From Thermodesulfobacteriota bacterium (lineage in GTDB: Bacteria > Desulfobacterota > WTBG01 > JAGOGO01), in NCBI GenBank assembly GCA_026625185.1, contig CP113000.1:3132651-3164650 (forward strand): a stretch of DNA of 32,000 bases. The letters are read 5' to 3'. A program made the translations under genes and the position numbers. The notes beneath the pieces were generated by a model. The model was not told where the DNA came from. It made no database searches and was given only the letters and a program-made list of their open reading frames with translations. Below are positions 20,102-27,798 of this stretch, piece after piece (within the stretch, counting starts at the first letter, position 1; the number at the start of each line of letters is the position of its first letter).

Positions 20102-20352
20102 TTTTGCTCGAGTGAGAGTAAATTCCGCTATTCCGGGCCGGTTACAAGGGGTTTTATTTTTTTGTAAAGGGCTTAAGTAAAAAAATAAGAGAGTTTAATT
20201 TAAAAAATTATATTAAAAATGTTTAGTTCAAACCAGTTACCCTTTTAAATTATCAATGTATGTTTCCAGATTTAAACCGACACTTTGAATAGCGCCAACG
20301 ATTTAAAGCTTTTTAATAAACTATACCATTTTATTAATTTTGTTCAAATAAT

Positions 20353-20459
20353 AGCACCCGGAAATGGGTCACTTTTAACCTGGTTAGGGTTGTTTCTGAC
20401 TGTCTACTTGACAATTACCTTACACTGAAAGGGTCTTAATTTGAGGCCTTTTTTATTGG
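20353..20459 (+). repeat. repeat family 2, copy D2 (ends in a plus-strand hairpin plus T-tract)
   Basis: Collinear with D1. The 3' end is GGTCT-N7-AGGCC followed by TTTTTTATT (20432-20457). There is no plus-strand ORF upstream. Confidence 0.8.
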
Positions 20460-20617
20460 CACTCTTTTTTAGATTACCGTTTAGAGCTGCCCTTCCCCTT
20501 CTTTTATCTCCCACTGTTTTCCTCCGGAATGATGGTCATTGGGCCATTCGGGGTGAAATTTTTACCAACGATTGAATGGTGCTTGGATTTTCATTGACTA
20601 TCGGAAGCAACCAAAGC

Positions 20618-20971
20618 CTATCGCTGCAATAACCTACCACCTTCGCTCGTTCCATAAGGATCACCGCGGGAGACATCCCAACAGTTGTCTTGTTTTCCTG
20701 GACAAATGACAGTGTAGGTGCCACGCTTGCCACAACCTTCAGCGCCAATGGTGAACTGTGCTCGCTCGACTCCGCCAAAGACGATAGGCGGGAGGACATC
20801 TTTTGAAATAACGGTTACAGTTGCATCCGGGCAATTCATCTCGAACTGAGCCCGGGACTGCGCCACCTGAAGCGCTTTGGGTTCTTTCTTGTCAAGAAAC
20901 TGCTGAGTGGTTTGGCAACCAGTCAGAAACCATAACGCAATAAAGGGCAAAAAAATAAATGATTTTGCCAT
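20618..20971 (-). CDS. hypothetical Cys-rich lipoprotein
   Basis: SD AAAGGAG, a signal peptide with the canonical lipobox LTGC (FIALWFLTGCQ), and four further cysteines. No recognisable family. Confidence 0.7.
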   Translation of the reverse strand: MAKSFIFLPFIALWFLTGCQTTQQFLDKKEPKALQVAQSRAQFEMNCPDATVTVISKDVLPPIVFGGVERAQFTIGAEGCGKRGTYTVICPGKQDNCWDVSRGDPYGTSEGGRLLQR

Positions 20972-21791
20972 GCCTGGGCTCCTTTCTTTTTTTATTGGTC
21001 ATTTAATAACCTTGCTTTTTAGTAACCGTCAGGATCTCAATTACTGCTTCGGCCGGATCTTTAACCGTTTTTCGGTCCATCAAGTTAAGAACCCATTAGC
21101 TTTAAAACATGAGCTTTTTATTGCTTCCTCTTTTTCCTTCTCCTCTCTTCCCTCTCCCATGACTTAACCTTCATCTTATTTTTTCTACCCAGGAGGGGAA
21201 TAAATGATATAAAAGTTGGAATTTTCCCCTACCCTCCCCCTACGGGTCATAGCTTAAGGAAAAATCCCAACCTCTGGGAATTTTCCCGATCAAAATGAAG
21301 TGATTCACCTCTTGACCGAAACAATTTTTTTCAAATAAAATAAGTTAAAGGAATTTCCCCCAAAGGACATCAGGTCGATAACTAAAGAGGGGCTATGAGG
21401 ATACAAGAAGTCTCCTAGAAATAGAAACATCTTGACAAAGTCCTCTCGAGCGAGGATTTTTGCTTTTAAATTCCGGTTTGGTGCTTGGCCCATGACCTTT
21501 GCCAGGCAGTCAAGAAAAAGATAGAAGAAAAACCGGAGACTAGTGGCAATACGCTGACACAGTGATGCGCTATTATTTATTGAGGAAATAAACAAGCCGA
21601 AAAAGGAGATAAAAAACCCTGCTCAGCCTCCTAATTTTTCCCTTCATCCGCAAGGTAACTCTTCCTGAGAAATCGGGAGGGGTTTTCTATTTTTTTCTCC
21701 CTTTTATTCTGCCTTCCCCACAAACAGGGATGATGGTCATCAGATCATTAAGGGTAACAGGCAAGTTATAAACATCCTCTATGTTCCTTGT

Positions 21792-22469
21792 TCACCCTTC
21801 TTTGCGTTCCTTTACAAAAGCTTGGAGTTCTTTTATTCCACCTTTGCGACTGCACCACCCGCAAAAAAACAAATTTTCTCGAGCTTCAATGAATAGAACA
21901 TGATTTTTGTTTGGACACCCTGCAAACCATTGAGTAGGGCTCTTACCGGTAGGGTTTGGGGAAAGTCCCAGGTCTCGAGCAACTTTGATAATCTCTGTTT
22001 CCGTTTCTTTTGCCTTCTGGGAATTTTCTAGCAAGTCATGCTCAATACGCCCCACCAAACCCTCAAAGGCATATTTATTAAGAATCCCACCGGTCAGGAA
22101 TTTTTGAGGCCAATAAAAACCGGTCCGCACACGGAAAAGACGATCCAGGAGATTTAAACAAGCGAAAAAGGGCTCACCTTTTTTTGGAAGTGCGAAAACT
22201 CGGCCAGCACCCAAAAGTTTTTTTATTTCAAAATCTTTAGGAGTAGCAGTTCCATCAACAATGTCTTGGACAATCGAAGAAATGTAACCAGCAGTTATCC
22301 AAAGTTCGTCACTTGTTTCGGTTCGGCGAAAGAATGCGGCTTCTTCAATTATATCGGCAGTTATATCTAGATTGTAAGCGCAAGCTAAAAGAAGGTCCTC
22401 AGGTAGGCTCGCGATTTTCTCAGCTTTTTTAAGCCAGGGATCTACAAAAATGTCGTTGTTGTCGTTCAA
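21792..22469 (-). CDS. hypothetical protein with C-terminal CHC2 (primase-type) zinc finger
   Basis: TTG start preceded by GGAGG at a 7-nt spacing. The C-terminus GCPNKNHVLFIEARENLFFCGWCSRKGGIKELQAFV follows the C-x-H...C-x2-C...G-G pattern of the DnaG/phage-primase zf-CHC2 domain. No Toprim or primase catalytic motifs. The ~175-aa N-terminal region is unrecognised. Confidence 0.7.
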   Translation of the reverse strand: MNDNNDIFVDPWLKKAEKIASLPEDLLLACAYNLDITADIIEEAAFFRRTETSDELWITAGYISSIVQDIVDGTATPKDFEIKKLLGAGRVFALPKKGEPFFACLNLLDRLFRVRTGFYWPQKFLTGGILNKYAFEGLVGRIEHDLLENSQKAKETETEIIKVARDLGLSPNPTGKSPTQWFAGCPNKNHVLFIEARENLFFCGWCSRKGGIKELQAFVKERKEG

Positions 22470-22561
22470 GGTTTTGCCTCCGTTATGATTAAAAATGTCA
22501 TCTCTTTTTTTGGAAAAAATATCTCATTGGCTTTTCAAAGTCAATAGCAAACTCGGTTAAA

Positions 22562-22783
22562 ATGAAGGGGAAAGAAAACAAAGAAATAATAGCCGATGAT
22601 GATTATAAACCCCATTTTGATAAAATTCACCAAGTTTTAAAAAAAATGCACATCACGATTTTATCCGATGGTATCATATGGCATACAAATTATATAAAGG
22701 GGATTTCCGAATTGTTGTATTATGCTTTTGAACGTGAGGAAATTGAAGGTAAAATTTCAACAGGAGTTTTTTTAACATGGTAG
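22562..22783 (+). CDS. hypothetical small protein (73 aa)
   Basis: ORF in the AT-rich stretch, divergent from the zinc-finger gene. No clear SD and no recognisable domain. Confidence 0.35.
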   Translation: MKGKENKEIIADDDYKPHFDKIHQVLKKMHITILSDGIIWHTNYIKGISELLYYAFEREEIEGKISTGVFLTW

Positions 22784-22908
22784 AACGACTTGATTTAATC
22801 CAGGCAATGGAGGATGAGCTTTTTCCCAGGTTCGGATCAACCATGAATAGCTTGAAGTTCCGTGACTGTTCAAAAAACCACCGCAAAACTTACCAGAGGC
22901 ACTTATAA
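22777..22908 (+). CDS. hypothetical small protein (43 aa), start overlaps the preceding stop
   Basis: Below the track length cutoff. I read ATG at 22777, within ATGGTAG where TAG is the stop of the 73-aa ORF. Translation: MVERLDLIQAMEDELFPRFGSTMNSLKFRDCSKNHRKTYQRHL, stop at 22906-22908. Confidence 0.25.
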   Translation: MVERLDLIQAMEDELFPRFGSTMNSLKFRDCSKNHRKTYQRHL

Positions 22909-23003
22909 GGGGCTAAGAAACTCTTATCTCAAGTTGATTGAATGTAAGAGATCGAGGTCTTTAGTGGTTGGAAAAGACACTTTAACCATGCTACACTGAA
23001 CCC

Positions 23004-23186
23004 ATGAACAAACGGTCGTTATCCCGATACATCATTGGAGTTGTTATCGTCTGGGCCGTAATTCTTTGGGTGGTGTTGTTTGCGAATAATGCTAACTTTC
23101 AAATTTTCGCATTTCTCGGCGCTGAATTCTTGTTTGGTATGCTTGCGATGTGGTGCATCTATGTCATTGGAAATACATTCCTTTAG
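23004..23186 (+). CDS. hypothetical small two-TM membrane peptide (60 aa)
   Basis: Two hydrophobic helices (YIIGVVIVWAVILWVVLFA and FAFLGAEFLFGMLAMWCIYVIG). No SD seen. Confidence 0.35.
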   Translation: MNKRSLSRYIIGVVIVWAVILWVVLFANNANFQIFAFLGAEFLFGMLAMWCIYVIGNTFL

Positions 23187-23279
23187 TGGGGTTTTATATT
23201 GGCTAACAAAGAATTTAAATAGCCCTTCAAGCAGATTAATTTTGGGAGAATGGTTTTTGTCTTTTTGGGAGAGATGCAG

Positions 23280-23537
23280 ATGAAATGTCATGGTGTTTCA
23301 GAAAGAGCTTACCTAACAGCAATCAAGAACATCTTAATCAAAGACTTAAAGTTAGAAGTTATGGAGATTTACGGAGACGACAGAAAAGATGGCGTTAGGA
23401 TAAAAGCCAGAGTTGAAAATAATGGTAAAAGATTGACTAAATCAGAAGAGCAAGTTGTTCTTGATAAGCTTAAGTTATCAAAAATAGTACTAAAAGCTGA
23501 ATTTTCTGGATTATGGCTACTAATAAAGTCTTGGTGA
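23280..23537 (+). CDS. hypothetical protein (85 aa from the third in-frame ATG; track ORF starts at 23250)
   Basis: GGGAGA lies ~7 nt upstream of the ATG at 23280 (MKCHGVSERAYL...). The protein is Lys/Glu-rich with no recognisable domain. Confidence 0.35.
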   Translation: MKCHGVSERAYLTAIKNILIKDLKLEVMEIYGDDRKDGVRIKARVENNGKRLTKSEEQVVLDKLKLSKIVLKAEFSGLWLLIKSW

Positions 23538-23769
23538 GAGTTCAAAAAGCTCATTAAGCTATTTATGGAAGAGTAAATCTTAATCTCAACATTGAACAAT
23601 TCGGGGATAGGCTTACAACCGAACAACGGTCTTCATGAACCGTCTTCCCCGGCTTTAATACCAGGCCGTGACAAGAGACGGAGAATGCAGAAGATTGTTA
23701 AGCTTCCTGAAAAACCAAAAAAAACAACATGGCCGGTAAACGTGATTTTTCTATTAATAAATAAAAAAA

Positions 23770-23841
23770 CTGGGGTGGGAGGATTCGAACCTCCGATTGC
23801 GGGATCCAAAATCCCGTGACTTACCGCTTGTCGACACCCCA
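23770..23841 (-). tRNA. tRNA-Gln (anticodon UUG)
   Basis: The minus strand reads TGGGGTG TC GAC AAGCGGTAA GTC A CGGGA TTTTGGA TCCCG CAATC GGAGG TTCGAAT CCTCC CACCCCA G. This is a full cloverleaf, collinear with E. coli tRNA-Gln (U1-A72 pair, discriminator G). The anticodon loop UU-UUG-GA gives UUG. CCA is not encoded. Confidence 0.93.
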
Positions 23842-23885
23842 AAAATAATCCGGGATTATATACCACAATTTTTATTAGAATAAAA

Positions 23886-24752
23886 CTACAAAAGCGCCTT
23901 GGCAACGGAAATTTTCCAGTTTAGTTCGTGATAATGTTTGACTAATTTACTTTCCGCACTTCTTGCTTCCGCCTCATCAAAAAACAGCCCAAAAACCGTT
24001 GGCCCACTTCCTGACATCAAAGCACCCCAGGCCCCAAGATTTTCAAGGGCTTTTTTTATCTTGGCAATCTCAGGAAAATGAGGGATGACAACACGCTCAA
24101 AGTCATTATAAAGAATTTCTTTTCCCAATTTCAGCAGATCAATCTTCGTTGAGAACTTAAAAAGCTCATCCTGTGGTTGCAACCTAAAGTGATGATAAGC
24201 CCAGGCAGTAGAAACAAGGATTGGCGGGGTTACTAATAAAGCCCAAAAAGGGGGGGATAGTTCAATCGGGAAAAGTTTTTCCCCAATCCCGGTCGCAAGA
24301 GCCGGCCCGTTAGAAAAAAAGAAAGGAACATCCGCTCCAATTCTCACCCCAAGCTCCATGAGGTGGCGCGTGGAACACTTAAGGTCATAAAGCTCATTAA
24401 TCCCTTTCATGGTTGCCGCCGCGTCACTGCTCCCGCCCCCCAAACCCGAAGCAACCGGAATACGTTTTTTGAGACTGATCGTCACTCCTCCCGCTACCCT
24501 AGCTTCGCTAATAATCAGGGAAGCTGCTTTAAAGGCTAAGTTTTTGTTATCTAGAGGAAGGTCGCTGCTGCTGGAGGTTAAGGTTATCCCTGACGGTGTT
24601 CTTGATAAGGATAGGGTATCATAAAGCCCAACCGCACCCATGATACTCCGGATCTCATGAAAACCATCTTTTCGCTTACCAATGATTTCGAGACGCACGT
24701 TAATTTTTGCCGGCGCCACAAGATTGTTGGAATCAACATTAGTCATACTCAA
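23886..24752 (-). CDS. ispE: 4-diphosphocytidyl-2-C-methyl-D-erythritol kinase
   Basis: APAKINVRLEIIGKRKDGFHEI and the GHMP-kinase motif PVASGLGGGSSDAAA. Confidence 0.93.
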   Translation of the reverse strand: MSMTNVDSNNLVAPAKINVRLEIIGKRKDGFHEIRSIMGAVGLYDTLSLSRTPSGITLTSSSSDLPLDNKNLAFKAASLIISEARVAGGVTISLKKRIPVASGLGGGSSDAAATMKGINELYDLKCSTRHLMELGVRIGADVPFFFSNGPALATGIGEKLFPIELSPPFWALLVTPPILVSTAWAYHHFRLQPQDELFKFSTKIDLLKLGKEILYNDFERVVIPHFPEIAKIKKALENLGAWGALMSGSGPTVFGLFFDEAEARSAESKLVKHYHELNWKISVAKALL

Positions 24753-24889
24753 GATTTAAGTTCTAAGTTTTAAGCTTAACTACTCACGCACCCGATTCAA
24801 AAGGGGAGAAGTTATGATGTTAGGAGGTTAGGAAGCACCCCATTTCTTACCTTCTTATCTACCATCTTCTAAACTCCCGATAAAATAAC

Positions 24890-25321
24890 CTACTGCTTTT
24901 TAACTTCATTCACATACTTAAACCTTAGTTCAGTGAGGAGGTGCGTAATAAGGTTTTCCTCTTCATCAGATAAATTTCCCTTGGTTTTATCTTTGAGCAT
25001 GGAAATAATATCAATTGTTTGTTTAGCCAGAGGAAAATTCTTGTCAATTGTTTTGGTATAAGGATTTTCCATCAATCCTAAGTGCAAGATAACGTTTGAG
25101 CTTAATGAAAAAATAAAGGTCGAAAAATCAATGTCCGGCAAAGGGGTACCCTCAAAAAGTTTATTTTCCTGTTTCTCTCGAGAAGGTTCGGAACCCACCG
25201 GAGCTTCCTTCTTTTCTTTCGCGCCCACATCCCCCTCCGATTTCACCCCGCCTGAGTCATCAACGACAAAACGGCGTTTATCACTTACGGTAAAAGATTC
25301 TTCTTTTTTTTCCTCTGTCAT
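24890..25321 (-). CDS. DUF1844-domain protein
   Basis: Acidic, Lys-rich N-terminus followed by the conserved FSTFIFSLSSNVILHLGL...NPYT...DLPLAKQTIDIISMLKDKTKGNL-type core. Confidence 0.75.
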   Translation of the reverse strand: MTEEKKEESFTVSDKRRFVVDDSGGVKSEGDVGAKEKKEAPVGSEPSREKQENKLFEGTPLPDIDFSTFIFSLSSNVILHLGLMENPYTKTIDKNFPLAKQTIDIISMLKDKTKGNLSDEEENLITHLLTELRFKYVNEVKKQ

Positions 25322-25498
25322 GACTCAACTCCTTTTTGCGTATAGCGTGCTTTTATTTTTTTCTTTACATAAGAACTTCTAAAATTTAATAATATCATGA
25401 CAAAAAAATCTAAGCAATCTTTAATTGTTAGGAGTTTTTTTGCCGATAAAGTTAAAGCGAAGAGCGGGAGAAAACCCAGATCAAAAAAATTTTAATGG

Positions 25499-27745
25499 TC
25501 ACCGCAGGATTAACGTTCCTTGCTCCATGTCTAAAGCAAATGTGTTTTTTTCCTTCCACCTTAAGGTAAGAGGAATGTTTACCAGTTCATCGATGGTCCG
25601 TTTTAAAAAACGTGCTCCATACTTGATGTTAAAACCTTTTAGAGCCAAATACTCAACCGCTGGTTCTGAGAATTCCAGTTCTTTCCCTTGGTCCTTCAGC
25701 TGTTGATTGATCCGGTTAAGATACCTGGTGGCAATTGCTTTGACTTCATCCAAACGTAAAGGAGAAAATACTATTATATCATCAATCCGGTTTAAAAACT
25801 CCGGGGAAAAGTTATGTTCCACTTCTTTGATCACTGACTGCTTAACCGCCCTGACTTCTTCCGGATCGCTCAGAAATCCCAAGGGGTGAGTAAAACGCTT
25901 AAATTCATCTGAACCAAGATTAGAGGTCATGATAATGAGGGCGTCACTAAAGTACACCCGTTTTCCCCGCCCATCAGTAAGAAAGCCCTCATCAAAGACC
26001 TGAAGAAAAAGATTAAGAACATGGTGACTTGCTTTTTCCATCTCATCGAGAAGAAGCACGGTATAAGGATTATCCCTAACCTGATTAGTTAAAATTCCTC
26101 CCCGCTCTGAACCAACTATGCCCCGCGGCATTCCGATTAATTTATCTACTGCTACCGTTGAGTCTTTATATTCGGACATATCGATCCGCACCATCTTTTT
26201 TTCATCGCCAAAGAGAAATTCAGCCAGAGCCTTGGCTAATTCGGTTTTCCCTACACCGGTGGGACCAAGAAAAAGCAGAACCCCATCCGGGCGATAAAAA
26301 TTTTCTTTTAAAGGTCCTTTACTCAATCTAAGTCTGCGGGCCAGAGCACTAATCGCTTCTTTCTGCCCTACCACCCTTTGCGAAAGTGCGGCTTCTATGT
26401 TCCGAAGCCGCTCGATGGTGTCCCGGTGGATCATATCCAGAGGGATATTCGTATCCTGAGCAATCACGGTCATTACTTTTTCCGGATTCACTTCCCGGTT
26501 AGGATCAGAGATTTCCGCTTTAACACATGCGGTGTCTAACCACCGAATCACTTTATCCGGCATCCGCAAATGATGCAGGTAACGAGGAGCCATGCTCAGG
26601 GCGCACGCAATCGCCTCATCAGTGAGTTCTACTCCATAATTCATTTCCATCCGGGTTCTTACCTTCGTGATTATCAGCCCCGTTTCTTCAAGCGATGGCT
26701 CTTTTAACTGGATTACCCGGAAACGCCGATCCAAGGCTTCATCTTCCTTAATGTAGGTTTTATACTCTGCGGCAGTTGTAGCCCCAATGATCTGGACCTC
26801 CCCACGTGCCAGGGTTGATTTGAAAATATTGGCTGCGTCGCTCGGTACTCCTAGAGCTGAACCGGCGCCAATGAGAGAATGAGCTTCATCAATAAAAAGG
26901 ATAATATTCCCTTTGGTTTTTACTTCATTAATAATTTTCTCCATCCGATCTTCAAACATTCCCCGAAACATTGTCCCTGCCACTATGGTGTTCATCTGAA
27001 GATTTACCAGTTGAAACTTACGCAATTTTTGGGGCACTGATTCCGGTTTTAATTCAATACGACTGGCTAATCCTTCCACTAAAGCGGTCTTCCCCACCCC
27101 AGGTTCACCAATGATAATTACCGAATTAGCCCGCTCCCGGTGGCAAAGAATTTCAATCATGTAGTTGATTTCTTTTTCACGGCCCACAAGGAGAGACAAT
27201 TTCCCAAACCGCGCCAGTTTATTAAGGTTTACCCCAAAGTAGCGAAGCAGGGGAGGAAGTTCGAACTTCTTGGTCAGTATTTCTTTTTTTTCAGTATAAA
27301 TTTTTGATTTGCTTTCAATTGCCCGGAGCAACCTCTCCGGTGATACTCCCAAGCTTTTAAAAATTCTTGCCGGGACGCCATCGGTTTCTTGAAATAACGC
27401 TCGGAATAAATCCACCGGCTCGATAATATCCCGGCCGGTTTGTTGGGCTCCTTCCCATGCATGTCGCAATATGGTTTTTGTAGTGGAAGGAATTTTCATT
27501 TTAACGCCTATCGCCGTTTGAGAAACACCCAGATGGTCTTTAACAAAACCAATTATGTTGGCAGGATCTAAGTTTAATTCGGCTAAGACAGCATTAAAGA
27601 AAAAACTTTCCACACACGCGTAAGCCAAAAAGATATGCTCTACCCCCAGATGATGATTTCTTTTTTTTGACTCCTCGAGCGCAGTATTAATAACGTGAAA
27701 AGCTTTTTCGGAAAGAAAATTTCGATAATGGGTGAGGTCAATCAT
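25499..27745 (-). CDS. ClpA/ClpC-family AAA+ unfoldase (two ATPase domains, no middle domain)
   Basis: Clp N-domain, Walker A motifs GEPGVGKTA and GPTGVGKTE, and a PLGF tripeptide loop in D2 of the kind that contacts ClpP. The track start at 27766 is a TTG. The ATG at 27745 (MIDLTHY...) is preferred. Confidence 0.88.
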   Translation of the reverse strand: MIDLTHYRNFLSEKAFHVINTALEESKKRNHHLGVEHIFLAYACVESFFFNAVLAELNLDPANIIGFVKDHLGVSQTAIGVKMKIPSTTKTILRHAWEGAQQTGRDIIEPVDLFRALFQETDGVPARIFKSLGVSPERLLRAIESKSKIYTEKKEILTKKFELPPLLRYFGVNLNKLARFGKLSLLVGREKEINYMIEILCHRERANSVIIIGEPGVGKTALVEGLASRIELKPESVPQKLRKFQLVNLQMNTIVAGTMFRGMFEDRMEKIINEVKTKGNIILFIDEAHSLIGAGSALGVPSDAANIFKSTLARGEVQIIGATTAAEYKTYIKEDEALDRRFRVIQLKEPSLEETGLIITKVRTRMEMNYGVELTDEAIACALSMAPRYLHHLRMPDKVIRWLDTACVKAEISDPNREVNPEKVMTVIAQDTNIPLDMIHRDTIERLRNIEAALSQRVVGQKEAISALARRLRLSKGPLKENFYRPDGVLLFLGPTGVGKTELAKALAEFLFGDEKKMVRIDMSEYKDSTVAVDKLIGMPRGIVGSERGGILTNQVRDNPYTVLLLDEMEKASHHVLNLFLQVFDEGFLTDGRGKRVYFSDALIIMTSNLGSDEFKRFTHPLGFLSDPEEVRAVKQSVIKEVEHNFSPEFLNRIDDIIVFSPLRLDEVKAIATRYLNRINQQLKDQGKELEFSEPAVEYLALKGFNIKYGARFLKRTIDELVNIPLTLRWKEKNTFALDMEQGTLILR

Positions 27746-27798
27746 TGCTGTTTCTGTCAACCTCAAGCGGATTTAAAAGAGTGGTATGGGTTGGAATG

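Noticed and set aside
20457-20472. TGGCAC-N5-TTTA immediately after repeat D2, which resembles a sigma54 -24/-12 promoter.
   Set aside because: The -12 element lacks the conserved GC (TTGC), and no plus-strand gene follows. Most likely chance.
20536-20799. An 87-aa minus-strand ORF overlapping the lipoprotein gene in another frame.
   Set aside because: The overlapping 117-aa frame has an SD, a signal peptide and a canonical lipobox. The 87-aa frame has none of these and runs into the E1 repeat.
21305-21595. A 96-aa minus-strand ORF in the ORF-free region.
   Set aside because: It has a TTG start, no SD, and a Phe/Leu/Ser-rich composition typical of random AT-rich sequence. It also spans the plus-strand hairpin-terminator. 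I treat it as non-coding.
20102-23769. A direct repeat of the tRNA-Gln 3' end (attL/attR) and an integrase gene that would delimit a genomic island.
   Set aside because: By eye, no copy of GGATTCGAACCTCC or the acceptor-stem sequence occurs elsewhere in the stretch, and there is no integrase-like ORF. Island status is therefore left as a hypothesis, not a feature call.
23592-23905. Track ORFs 23592-23819 (+) and 23633-23905 (-), which cover the tRNA.
   Set aside because: Both read through the tRNA-Gln gene, and the minus-strand ORF also runs into the ispE 3' end. These are artefacts.
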